Part shown: positions 29,194 through 41,313 of the stretch, piece by piece
Layout of the letters: each line of letters opens with the position of its first letter
Numbering within the stretch: the stretch's first letter is position 1
Origin: a virus
Taxonomy: Duplodnaviria; Caudoviricetes
Length of the DNA: 41,313 nt
Direction: 5' to 3' (one strand)
Virus record (IMG/VR): IMGVR_UViG_3300048897_000013
Location: 1 to 41,313 of that record
Translations under genes and position numbers: made by a program
The notes under the pieces: generated by a model
What the model was told of the DNA's origin: nothing
Seen by the model: the letters and a program-made list of their open reading frames with translations, nothing else
Databases searched by the model: none

Positions 29194-30135
29194 ATGGCAA
29201 ATGGAATGACCACAACTAATCAAGTAGATCCTGAAGTTCAGATCTATTTTGATAACGTTTTGTTAGACCGTCATCAACCGTATTACATTTACGGTTATTT
29301 CAGTCAACAAAGACGAATCCCACAGAAAAACTCTAAGACAGCGATCTTCAGACGTTTTGAAAACCTTGCAGACTCACTGACTCCATTGTCAGAAGGCGTT
29401 ACACCGTCACCAGAGCAAGTCAACAAGTTCGATGTAACCGCAGTCGTATCGCAATACGGTAAAGTCGTAGAGCTTACAGATGACGTTATTATCTTGGTTC
29501 AAGATGAGACATCAAACGAAGTTGCAGACATGCTCGCACAGAACCAAGCAAGTTCATATGACAAAATCGTCAGAAACATGCTTGTTGCTACTGCAAGCCA
29601 GATTTCTTGCCTAAACGGTCAGAACGGAAATGCGATTACGGAAATCACAACTACCGATCTAGAATTGGCTGTCGATTATCTTATCGGGAATAACGGTAAG
29701 CGCATGGCGCCAAATATCGAGGGACGCAATATGGAAGGCACGGCTCCCGTTTGGCAGGCGTACTGGATGGCGATTTCGACCGATTTACGTACCAATATCA
29801 AGCAACTAAGTAACTTCGTACCGACTGCTGCGTACCCTAGACAGCAATCTGTTCTTGAGAGCGAGCTTGGGGCATGTGACGAGGTTCGAATATGTATGAC
29901 AACAGAGGCGTATAAGACCGCTGCTGCTGCTCCTGTTTATTCGAATCTATTGTTCGCTGCAAACGGTTACGGAACTATTGCAATCGATTCTCAGTCAATG
30001 GAAATGGTCATTAAGCCACTTGGTGCTGGTCAAGATCCGTTGAATCAACGTAGCACTATGGGCTGAAAAGGTCGTCTAGGCTGTACAATTCTCGACGATA
30101 GTTGGGTAATTAACTTACTTTCAACTCGACCATAA
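29194..30135 (+). CDS. Major capsid protein, N4-gp56 family, 313 aa (TGA=Trp at 30064)
   Basis: IP......FRR, L.EGVTP, QYG....TD, E.G....VR, DPLNQR.T.G-W-K. Confidence 0.93.
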
Positions 30136-30144
30136 GGAGAACAT

Positions 30145-30867
30145 ATGTCCGTAACAAATTTTGATGATTGCAATGTAGCAATCTTTAAGATCCAATCTGC
30201 TGCTGCTGCGTACAACATTACGTTGCCGTTTCGCGCGGATTGTATCGAATGGTTCAACTATACTAAGTATGGTACTGCCAACACTGATGCCACTATCTCT
30301 AAACAAGGTATTTGGTTTGATGGTTTTCCGGCTGGTGATGGACTGATAATGTTGACCATTGTAGATAATGGTGTAACTGCGTTAAAGAACTTGGTTCTTG
30401 AGACTACTAATGGCGTCACTTATCTTGGTGATGGTTCTGGTTTCGCTGCAACTAACGTGACTCCTACAGCAATCAACGTGACTACTTCTGTGGTTACTGT
30501 TGCTGCTAATACGTTCACTGAAGGTCAATTCGTTCGTGGTACCAACTTCAGAGCGACTCCGATTGCTGATGCTACTGGTTGCTATGGTTGCAATAACCGA
30601 GTATTCCAAATCGGTGCTGTGACTGCTACGACTTTTGAGCTATTAGAACCATATACAAATGTAATCGCTGACTTAAGTGCAGAGACCGCATTTGCTAATA
30701 CTGGAGTAGCGAAATTCAACTTGATTGGTCAATCTCTTGGAACTGTTAATCCAGCTCCGGTTTACCAATACACATTGGGTTCTGTTGTAATGGGTGCTGA
30801 CAATGATCTAATCTATGTCAAAGCAACTAAAGCAAACGTCTATACCAACCTTGGTGATGTAGCGTAA
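30145..30867 (+). CDS. Virion structural/decoration protein
   Basis: AAGGAG RBS after the capsid gene; Thr/Ala/Val-rich beta protein. Confidence 0.7.
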   Translation: MSVTNFDDCNVAIFKIQSAAAAYNITLPFRADCIEWFNYTKYGTANTDATISKQGIWFDGFPAGDGLIMLTIVDNGVTALKNLVLETTNGVTYLGDGSGFAATNVTPTAINVTTSVVTVAANTFTEGQFVRGTNFRATPIADATGCYGCNNRVFQIGAVTATTFELLEPYTNVIADLSAETAFANTGVAKFNLIGQSLGTVNPAPVYQYTLGSVVMGADNDLIYVKATKANVYTNLGDVA

Positions 30868-31217
30868 TGGCTAACACCGAGCTTGGGTTTGCGATTACAT
30901 ATATGACTCCTACGGCGATTACTAAAACAAATCCTGTACGAGTCACTGTAGTGGCAAATGGTCTTGTGAACGGTCAATATGTGCGGGCTACGCGGTTCTA
31001 TCCGCTGCCCGCTATTGATGACACCGGAATGTATCAACTTAATAACCAACAATATGTTGTTGGCAATGTGACGGTTGATACGTTTGATCTATATGATCAA
31101 TATGGCAATCCAATCGATGGCACTGACTTTGTGACGTTCATTGACTCTGGAGTTGCTCAAATCAATTTAGTTGGGGAATCACTATTCACCCAAAATCTTA
31201 ATACAATGAGTACTTAA
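30867..31217 (+). CDS. Structural protein with E1 FCCH-like beta domain
   Basis: IT..NP..VT...GL..G..V....GM..LN...V......F.L...D...F pattern. Confidence 0.65.
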   Translation: MANTELGFAITYMTPTAITKTNPVRVTVVANGLVNGQYVRATRFYPLPAIDDTGMYQLNNQQYVVGNVTVDTFDLYDQYGNPIDGTDFVTFIDSGVAQINLVGESLFTQNLNTMST

Positions 31218-31693
31218 TGAAACCTGATAATAAGAAAGAGCCTGTCGAGCCTGTTGCGGTTGTTGTCGTTGCAGAACCCGTTACTCCATTAGAAAAGAAA
31301 TACGATCCTACAGAAGAGAATCCCACAAAACTAGAACACTTCGATATCTACAATAAACACGCGCGTCTTAAAAAGATTCCCGTCAAAGTACCATCCGAAG
31401 ACTTCTACCCAAAAATGAAAGTCCGATTCCAACGATTCGAACAACCAACAAATGTTTTAAAATGCCGTGTGCGTAACAAAGATATCGATTGAAGCGGTCA
31501 ATTGATACCGGGTTGTATCTATGATCTTTGTTTGCCAGTAATCAAATGGTTGACTGGTCTTAGTGAGCCGATCTACGCAGAAGTGAAAGTCCGTAATGAT
31601 GCCGGTGGTGGTCAATACGTTGAGAAGACTGAAACAAAACAAGTTGGCGAACGTGCGCGTTTCTCTTGCCAGCCAGTTGACTTCGGAGTGTAG
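31217..31693 (+). CDS. Hypothetical structural-region protein (TGA=Trp at 31490)
   Basis: Two in-frame ORFs joined by TGA; TAATG start. Confidence 0.65.
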
Positions 31694-31696
31694 ATC

Positions 31697-32359
31697 ATGG
31701 TCAAGTATGCAAGCGATCTAATCACGATAATGCGTAACGTTACTGGTCGCGTGGATAATACTGATCCACAATTCACCGACGAAATTATGCTTGGGTACTT
31801 GAACGACTATTATCAATTGGAAATGGGACAAGAATTACGTCTTAAGGAACTCAGAACTTGGTGAGAGTTCGATATTGATCAGACAACATTCAATCCGCTT
31901 CCAGTTGATTTGCAACATCCATTACAAGCACCCGATGGTGTTCAATTCACAACGATTGGACCATATTGTACTGCAGATGGCTTTGAAGTATTCTGGTATG
32001 AAGATCCTGCAAGATTCTTTGCTATCTGGCCGGAGACTCAAGAATATCAACCGCAAAGACCGACATACGTCTTGTATTATAATAATGAATTGACGTTTCG
32101 TGGGCCATTAGATAAGTCCTATCATATCAAGATCAATGCATATCAATACGAACTATTGATGACTGACAACGAATCTCCAATCAAGAATGATTATTTGTGG
32201 AGATATATTGTCTATGGCGCATCAAGAGATTTATTTAACGACTATGGCGAAACCGACAAAGCAAATTCAATCGCTCCAGCATTCAATGATTACCGCTCTA
32301 AAGTCTACGCGCGTACGTACCAACAACAAATGAACCAACGTTCAACCCCAAGTTTCTAA
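31697..32359 (+). CDS. Head-tail adaptor protein, 220 aa (TGA=Trp at 31862)
   Basis: GGAG RBS; R..TG......D.....YLN; RP..VL.Y....FR.P.D..Y; W.YI.YGA...F.D.G. Confidence 0.7.
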
Positions 32360-32994
32360 TGACATTTAATTCTGCAATTCCTAATCCGGGTAAAAGTCCA
32401 TCGTTGTTTCCTGCTGAAAACCAGACTAACATGGCAAGATTGCGAGCCAATATCAATCGTGATCATAACTTTTTAGACACTTTGGCTGCTGGTAACGGTA
32501 TTCATAAGCAATGTACTTTCATGGATCGCTTACCCGTACCGACTGGGTTTCCGGGTGGTAATGGTATCTTATATTCTGCGCCAGATCCCAATACAGCCCG
32601 TTCACAATTGTTCTGATACAATGGTACTGAAAGAACTCAGATAACTCCAATACCGACTGGATTCGTACGCACAATTAGCGGTACTTCTGTTTTAAATGCA
32701 AATAAAAACGATTTAATATTTGCCAATCCGGGTTATTCTTACCAAGCATACGTCTTTGGATCGCTCCAAGATTCGAATGTTGCAGCGTGTGTTGGAAACG
32801 CAATCAGATTTTCTAATGGAAGTACATTGACAATTCCCGCACAGATACTTGCTAATTTAAATATAACTGGGACAGAAAGTTTAGTAATTGGGTATATAGA
32901 TGCTGGTAATCCACAAAATCTTTATATAAGACACCAAGGTGGGTCTACATCAAGAACATTCGTCTGAACCGTTTTAGTGGTGCAATTACCATAA
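32359..32994 (+). CDS. Tail needle/fibre-like protein, 211 aa (TGA=Trp at 32614 and 32965)
   Basis: F....P......N.......DH......G.HK..T pattern; TAATG coupling at both ends only on read-through. Confidence 0.7.
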
Positions 32995-35711
32995 TGAATC
33001 ATCAAGGCTACTTAATAGCAAATTTTAGCACTGGATTCGACAAAGAACGTCAGCCGTGGTTACTACCAGACGATGCGCAAGATGAACTCTATGACGGCTT
33101 TGTATACCGCGGAGTCTGAGAGAAGCGTGCTGGTTATGACGGTTATGCTAATGGCGGTAGTGGTGGATTTCCGTACTGCGAATCTAGAATGATTCATACC
33201 GTCACTGTTAGTTCTACTGTGGCTGCTGATGGAGTTCTAACCAGCTTTTCATTTGTTGTTGCTGGCACAACTAAACCGTTAAGACGTGGTGGTTTCCGAG
33301 CAATCGATAAGACATCTGCTGGTGTACAATCTCAAATCATACAAGATAACGGTATTGGTGGTACGCTTGGTGGTTCTAATGGGACTATTACATCTGTATT
33401 GAACTATACGACTACGCTGGCAACTCCACAGACGGTCACATTTACCGTTCCACCTCCAATGGGTCATCTAGTCACTCTTGAGTTAGACGTCCATCAAGGC
33501 GAGCCGGTAATGGGTATCATGAACTTCTATACTCAATTGAATACCAAAGAACTGATCGTTGCCGATACAACATACGTTAATCGATATGATTCATCATCGA
33601 ATCGCTTAGATGATATCTCTCCGACACCATTACTGTCTGGCGGTAAAACAAACTTTATGTCATGGGTTAACTATCCAACTCCTCAGAATCTACAAAGATT
33701 ATTATTCGTAAACTTTAAAGATCCTGTTCAGCGGTATGATGGAAATACGGTTTCTGTATATCCAATATATACTGTTACTGGTACGCAGGTATCCGGTGGA
33801 GTCTTCAGCACTGGAGATGGTGGAGCTACATATACATGAACAACTCCATTGGTGAATACTGGATTGTTACCGAATGGTGCTGGTACTGGATTGGCTGCGA
33901 TCATTACCGCTGGTGCTCAAGTTATTAATATTGATCAATTTGGTGTAGTTTCTGGCGATGGTTCTGTTGCTGCGGGAACGACAATAGATTTATTGACTGC
34001 CAGAATCAATGTTACTTTTAATGCTGTTGTACTAGCTGCTGTACCAATTACGATCACATACACACCGCTGACTAATCCAATTGATACCGCATTACACATC
34101 TCACAATTCAAAGATCGATTGGTCGTCGAGTATACAAAAGAAGGTGGAGTTCAATTTGGACACCGCTTAAGAATCTCTGGTACTGGCGCATTCTGTGACA
34201 CATTCACCGAGGCTGCAATTGGTGCTGGTGTAATTGATATACCATCTGAGACGTTCATATCATCATCTGACTTCAATAGAGATGACCGATTGATCTTTAC
34301 ACAGACAGAAGTCTGGTCTCTTAAGTATACCGGCAATGATATCGTTCCATTTGCTTTGAATAGAATCGATGCTACCCGTGGTTCTAATGCTCCATATGGG
34401 TCTATTACATATCTTAATAAGACAAACGCTGTCAGCAGTCTTGGATTCATTCTAACGGATGGATACTCTGTTGAGCGTGCAGATGATAAGATTCCTGATT
34501 TCTCAATAAATACTATTGATCAAGATAACTTCAATCTTTGTTTTGCGGGTTCTGTGGATCGAGATCGAGATCATTATCTGATATTCCCAACTAGTGAACA
34601 AATAATATCAGACCAGATTTTAGTGACTAATTACGAAGAAGATAACTATTGTCTGTATCGCATACCCCTTAGTTGTATGGGTACTTACATACTGGCTATC
34701 AGCACTACATGGAATGATCTAGCGATATTTGATTCATGGGATGAGATGGCAACCGAGTTTGGTGATTGGAATTCATTTGCTTATACGATTGGAACGGCTA
34801 TATCGATTGGTGGTGGACATCGTGGTGAGATATTCAATTTAAATAACGCACAGACTGAAGACTATCCGGTTAAGATTCGCAACATTACAATAATTGACGA
34901 AAAAACAATTGAATTGACAACAGACTTTCAGACTTATGCTGTGGGAGACGTAATTGCTATAGAGTCTGTTCAAGGAATACCAGAAGTTAATAATAAACAA
35001 TTTGCCGTTGTATTTGTAGCACCCAATCAGAATTATGTATTCCAATTAGATTGCGATACAAACAATTTCAGCACTAAGACTTATACAAGTGGTGGTCAAG
35101 CGTCTAAATGTATTCAATTCGAATGTAAGACCAAGAAGTTCAATCCATTTGCCAATGTCGATAAAAAAGTAAGTTGCGGTTGGATGTATTTCTATGTAAC
35201 GACAACTGGTACTGATCTAACGATTAATAAATATATCTTCGGTGCAACACAGACTGATCCATGTTCGTTATATGTTCCCGGTCATAATCTAAAGACTGGT
35301 GATGTTGTTTATATCGATGGCGTTATTGGGATGACTGAATTGAATCAGACAGAGCCTACAATCACCGTAATCAATTCAAGCAATATCTCTTTGGATGGAG
35401 TGGACTCATCTATGTATGCTGACTATGTGTCCGGTGGATTTGTATCTACACCAGAACCAGCCATATTGCAGATAAATTGTATTACAAATGACAGAGAACA
35501 ATCAACTGATGTGTTCCCATACGAACCATCACCATATCAAGTAAATCTTAGTAGCCATGAATCAGAAAATGGAATTAAGAAATGATACAAGCTGTGGATC
35601 AATCAGACGGCAAGATTCATTCAATTCCAAGTGTTAAATAATCAATCCGGTTCTGAAGTCAAGATCCATGCAATGATGCCGGGTTTTGCTGCTACGGGGA
35701 GATTGGTATAG
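32994..35711 (+). CDS. Tail nozzle/stabilisation (tubular B-like) protein, 905 aa (TGA=Trp at 33117, 33837, 35583)
   Basis: PWL.P.DA...L....RG..KR.GY N-terminus; beta-propeller-like body with FCCH-like inserts. Confidence 0.8.
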
Positions 35712-35987
35712 ATGGCTACTTTAAATCCTGTATTCAATTTTGGCGATGAGATAAAGAACATCAATCCAACGTTGTACAATCAATTGAATGACTTCTATAT
35801 TGCCACTGCCAGAGTGTTGAATACAAAACCGTCTACGCACACAACTAATACAGATCCACTGGCAAGCTCTCAAGTTAACAGCGGTTTTCTAACCGGTGAC
35901 TTCTGGGTTAATCAATCAACAGACACTGCATGGATAATGACATCTCGTACAACTAAAGAGAATGTCATCTGAAAACAAATCACATAG
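35712..35987 (+). CDS. Small tail-associated protein, 91 aa (TGA=Trp at 35970)
   Basis: GDFWVN..T..AWI......V.-W-KQIT. Confidence 0.65.
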
Positions 35988-35996
35988 AGAATTATA

Positions 35997-36734
35997 ATGA
36001 GTAAAGTAAATTACGGTGGTGCTGCAACTGGTGCATTGTCTGGAGCTGCTGCGGGTACAGCGATCATGCCAGTTTGGGGTACGGCTATTGGTGGAGTTGT
36101 TGGTGGATTGGCTGGATTATTCAGCGGTGGTAAGAAGAAAACCAAGAAGAAGTCCACACTAGATAAGAACCAACAAGCGTTATACAACAAGTACTCAGAA
36201 GCACTACAAGGTCGTGGTGAGTGGGCAGACATGTTCAACTTCGACGAGAAGAAAGCGACTGACAACTGAAAGAATAAATATGCTCAACCGGCTTATGAAC
36301 GATTCAATCAAGAAGTCATTCCGGGAATCACTGGTCAATTCCGTGGTCAGAATCTACAGAACTCAAGTTATCTTGGTGGATCATTATCACGCGCGGGAAC
36401 AGATGTTCAACGTAACTTAGATACTCAATTGGCTGACATGCTCTACCAAGGTCAGAATCAATCTGTTGAACGCAGAATCAATGGTCTTAATAACATTCTT
36501 GGAATGCAGACTTTTGCATATCAACAACCACAAGCATCTGCCAGCGATAAGATGTTTGGTGCACTGACTGAATACGGTGGAAAAGCAACTGCTAATTATA
36601 TAGACAATAAATTCAATGGATCCGGTGGCACTACTCCGTCTGCTGCGCCAACCGCTGGCGGATCTCCAGCACCATTACCGGGAATGAATACGTCTAACCC
36701 GTATCAAAACACACTGAATGGGATGAATAAATAA
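35997..36734 (+). CDS. DNA pilot/ejection protein, 245 aa (TGA=Trp at 36267)
   Basis: GA..GA..G.A.G....P.WGTAIG...GG..GLF glycine zipper followed by a Lys patch. Confidence 0.75.
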
Positions 36735-37660
36735 TGCCAGCTGCACAAGTAATCAATTTTGGTGAAGATCCATACGCTAATGCAATGGGTGGATTCGCTA
36801 AAAGTTTTCTGGGTACTTTGAATGAAAATCAAGGTCAGAGACGTAATGATGATATCTTCAAGAAAGTAATGTCAAAGTATGGTCCTGATGCTGAACCCGA
36901 AATGATCTATAGAGACATTGCAAACGCTGAAGGATTGTCTCAAGACTATAAGCGAGATAAATTGAAAGAGACTTTGGATCTGGCTACGTTAAAATCTAAG
37001 AAGACTCAAATTACTCCATATCAACAAGCAATGATTGATATCAGAGAACAAGAACTGAATATTAAAAAGGCTAATGCCAACAAACCAAAAGAAAAACCGC
37101 TCACTGATTATCAACAAGAAGTGTTAGCAAATGCGCGTATTAGGCTAGAGAAACAAGAATTACAACTGAAGCAAGCTGCCGAAAGAGAAAGTGCTAAGTT
37201 CCCAAAACTGGTAGCTGATTACACAAACAGCCAACTGAAGGGTGCTGATAAACAATTATCTATCGAAGATAAAGCGGATCTAAATGGTCTTATGGAACGC
37301 CTTCTAAAAGACAAGAAGAACCCCGTTAGCACTCCAGAAGCATTCCAATCTGCATATCAAATGGTTACTAATAGACGTGAACAGATTGACGATGCAGCGA
37401 TATCTAAGAAGCCATACTGGTCTAGAGATATTCCAATGGGTGAGGAACAAGCGTACAACGAATTATTACAATTGAAACAACAATTCGGATTGACTGAAAA
37501 AGAACTTAAGAAGAAAGCCACTAGTGCTGGATGAACAAAAGAAGAGGCTAATAAGATTGTCTCAAAAGTCCTACAAGCCAATGGTGAGAAACCCCGTGGA
37601 CCAAAACCGAAAGATAATGATAGTGAAGCTGCAAAGAATGCGGCATTAATGGGGTTATAA
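36734..37660 (+). CDS. Internal virion protein, 308 aa (TGA=Trp at 37532)
   Basis: TAATG coupling at both ends only on read-through; helical, charged. Confidence 0.7.
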
Positions 37661-40600
37661 TGGCTCTGACCATTGAGAATATTAAACGCGGTAGAGATGC
37701 TGGATTGGATGACGATAAGATTCTGTCGGCTATTGAATCCAAGTATCCTGAATTGTCAGAGAAATTCAATGCTGGGCGTAATGCTGGATTAGATAACAAA
37801 CGCATTCTAAGCGCGTTAGAACACAAGTTATCGTCTGAACCGTATGATACACCATCAAATAACGTTGATGGCTCTATACCCCCTCAAAACGCGTCTAATG
37901 AGCCTTCTGGGAACGAGATACCAACCGATACACAACAACAACCAGAGAAAACCCAATCTCCCGGCATATTGCAATCGTTTGAAGCTGGTGTAATGGAATC
38001 TTCAGCCGGTGAGTTGACTAAATTGTTGAATGGCACGCTGACCAACGAGAAGCACGTTGACCGTGATTTCATTGATACATTGTCACATTCATTCGGTAAT
38101 GTTGTTGGATCTCTACCGGCTTTTATTGCTGGTGGTCTTGCTGGTGGTGCTGCTGGTACTGCGGTTGCCGGTCCAGCTGGCGGTGTTGCCGGTGCTGGTG
38201 TTGGCGCAATGGGTCTAGAGGCGTTGATTAAAGAGACTCTTAAAGAGATTCGCGAGCATCGTAAGACTGGCGAAGATATGACGTTGGAAGAATTCTGAAA
38301 GCGTGCAGAGAATGTATCTGGTTCTACTCTTAGAGAAGGCGCAATGGGTGGTACACTTGCAGCGGTCAATAAGTCATTACCACTATTGAAACAGATCCCA
38401 TGACTGAATAAATTACTAGAAACAAAAATTGGTGGTAAAGCAGCAACGATCGGTGCAGAGATTGCAACCGCTGGTACAGTTCCGGCAATCTCAGAGGGGC
38501 GATTACCAACCGTTAACGAATACGCAAACGCTGCTGCATTGATCACTGGATTGCATCTTCCAAGATTATTACGAATCAAGATTGCCAAAGAAGGTAAGGA
38601 GTCTGGTTTATCTCCCGAAGAGTATGCGAAATTAAAGAAGCAAGACATTCTCAACGAAGCAATGAAAGCGGAGATGGAAAAAGCGTCAGAGCTTTTAAAA
38701 GAGCAAACAGAAAAGAAGTATGCTGCCTTAAAAGATCAAATGGATCGCAAGGAATCGGAGAAGACTAAGAAAGAACAGTCTGTTGAATCTGCTGTTGAGA
38801 GTGCAAAGAAAGAACCAAAGACAACTACCAAAGATCTTAAAGACATTAACGCCACAATCCTTCTGTCAACAGATACCGCAAAAGCGCGTAACATGACCGA
38901 CAAGATTAATGTCGAGACTACCAACAGCGATCTATTAAGACGTGAACCAGAGAAAGTAGACAAGACTGGCAAGCAAGTCACTGAAGATCTACAGACTATC
39001 AATGAATTTGTTGAGAATGCTCCAAGATCCAATAAAAAGAAGCTGGCAGAGAAAGCAATTGAAAACGGATGGGTGCGTACACCGCAACAACTTAGCGACT
39101 TTATCGAGTACTATCAAGAAAACTATTCGAAGATTGGTAAAGCTGGTCTATCGACTAATCGCAAGTTCATGAATCAATTCGAGAAAGACCATGTTACAAA
39201 ACGTGAGATTAAACCAATTGAGAATGCCAAACCGATCGATATCAAACCAACGGCAGAACGTCAATTAGAGATTGCGCGTAATCAAAAACGAGAAGCAAGA
39301 CTGTCTGGTGATAAACAAAAAGAGAAAGACGCACAAAAGCGTATTGATCTTGCCAAGAAGAGAATCCAACGTGAAAGCAATCAAAAGATTAATGAAACGA
39401 GCGAAATTCCGAGTGAACAACCCAAAGCCGAAGCCAATCAAAAGACTGAAACATCAAAAGAGAATGTAAACCAATCTGTCAACCAACCGGCAAACAAGCC
39501 AAAGAAAGCATCATTCTCTGTTAAACCGTCTGCATTCAAACTGACAAGATCCAAGAAAAAGAAACCAATAAAGAAAAAGAAGACGTCCATCGAAAAAGTC
39601 CCCAAGCCGATTACTGAAGAGACGGGACAATCTGCATTTGATCGCATGGAACCAGAGCCATCGCTAAAGGGTCGTGTTAAAGAAGCGGGCAAATCAGTTG
39701 CTGAAGCCGTAAAGAATCCATCAGAAGCATTGCACGAAGTCTACACGAAGACATATGATGCGCTTGAGCCACTGAATCGTCTAGAGACTGATATCCCAAC
39801 AGAAGAACGCGTAACTACCAAGATTAAACAAGCTATGAACGCGGCATCGGATATAAATAACGTCTTATCCAAAGGCGCATTTGATAATAACTCCGATAGA
39901 TTTGCTTCTGGAAGTTTACAAGAAGTATATACAGGCGTTGGTGATGTATGACAGAAGACTACCAAGGGTCTTAAGCCACAAGAATACAGTGTGCAAGAAT
40001 TAGATGCGTATCGTCTATCTAAAGAAGCCTTGAAGCGTCAGAAAAAAGGTCTTAAGTCTGGTATCGGAACGAAAGAAGCAACCGAAACTGTCGAGAAATT
40101 GAAACAGAAGTATGGTCCGATAGATCAACGTCTCAGAGAATTTCAAAAGAAGATTACTGATCATTACGCAACAGACATGCTGACACCCGAAGCACGCGAA
40201 CAATGGAATCAAGAATCACACGCGTCTTTGTATCGAGTAATGGATTATGGTAATGATGCAGTCGTTAGCGAGGGATCATTGAACCCCAAGAAATGGTGGC
40301 ATCGCGCAAAGGGATCTCTCCGTAAGATTCTTCCACCATCGGAATCAGATATTCAGAATATCTCAATGATGGTTATGAACTCCAAGAAGAATCAATCTAT
40401 ACTGCAATACAAGAAGTTCGTTGAATCTGGTCAATTACCCGGCAAGATTGTCAAGTCCAAGAACCGTGCATTACCAGAACATATGATGGAAGATCTTGAT
40501 ATCGATCCAGAATATACAGAGATGGCAGAAACGATCTATAATCAATCCCGCAAAGACGCATTCACACCGGAAACCAGAAGAATTCGTGGATGGGAGAATG

Positions 40601-41313
40601 GAAAACCGTTTGAAATTGAAGTGCCGAGAGATGTTTACGAGACATATGCGAGTCTTGCACCTGCGGATACTGGCACGTTTACAAAGATATTCCGATCAAC
40701 AAATAATTTGATGTCACGGGCAATCGTATTTGAACCCATTAAAGCCGGATCTATCTTCTTAAGAGATGCTTATTCGTCTCTGATCTACAGTAAGACCGGT
40801 AGCAACCCAATTAGCATCGTAAAAGCATTGGTTGACATCTACAAAGATTCTCATTCATGGAATCAATTTAAGTCATTGGGTGGTGAACAATATGCTACCA
40901 GATTAATGACGCGTAGTGATCGTATTGGCAAGATTGAAGAGTTATTGAAGTCCGATCGTCCGAATGCCGTGATGGTTCCATTTAATAAGCTATCAGGGTT
41001 CTTAAAGAAGTTCTCCAGTTCATTGACCGCCAGTGTACCATTCGCTGAGTATCAAAGATCTGTCAAGAAATTCGGTGATACACCATCTGGTCGTCTACAA
41101 GCGTTAATCGAATCTAAGAGTGTGACATATGACCCAACGAAACGTGGATCTAGCAAACTGGTTAGAGACGCTGCTAACTTTCTTCCTTTTTTTAATGTAA
41201 TGTTGCAAGAACCCGCAATGATCGCAAAGCACATGAAAAGTCCTCAATTCTGAGCAAAGGGTGCTGTTGGTCTTACAATGCCGGCAATGTTGCTACATAT
41301 GTACAATGAAGGC
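37660..41313 (+). CDS. 5' part of ~1497-aa internal virion/DNA-ejection protein (TGA=Trp at 38296, 38401, 39949, 41251); continues at 2-967
   Basis: Four same-frame ORFs linked only by TGA; glycine zipper at about 38100-38220; LPD38-like C-terminus. Confidence 0.8.

Noticed and set aside
24079-30135. Terminase, portal and capsid as pseudogenes of a decayed prophage
   Set aside because: Every interruption is TGA at a Trp position; no frameshifts or TAA/TAG breaks were seen, and gene couplings are restored by read-through
37884-38654. 256-aa minus-strand ORF (also 2690-3286, 27487-27984 and similar)
   Set aside because: Antisense shadows of well-supported plus-strand genes once TGA is read through
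41187-41313. Biological direct terminal repeat
   Set aside because: Exactly 127 bp and in the middle of a gene, which fits an assembler k-mer overlap

Overview
This window is a complete circular podovirus-type (P22/N4-gp56-like) temperate phage genome of 41,186 bp. Bases 41187-41313 repeat 1-127, which looks like an assembly overlap. The dominant feature is TGA read as Trp. By eye, about 50-55 in-frame TGA codons sit in about 27 genes at positions where Trp is expected (terminase, portal, capsid, tail, RecT-like, exonuclease, RNA ligase, RusA). The supplied code-11 ORF track therefore fragments or misses many genes. TGA still appears to be a true stop in an early/replication gene set that uses only TGG for Trp, so the genome looks split between two codes. 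No tRNA-Trp(TCA) or release factor was found. Instead the phage carries a translation kit: an atypical tRNA-Trp(CCA) with an unpaired 27:43 position, other odd tRNAs, ribosomal protein S20 that resembles chlamydial S20, RtcB and an ATP-dependent RNA ligase. Other notable elements are attC-like or RNase III-like hairpins starting at the stop codons of early genes, a possible TGA-sensing attenuator, and no recognisable endolysin. All protein assignments come from motif recognition by eye, not database searches.
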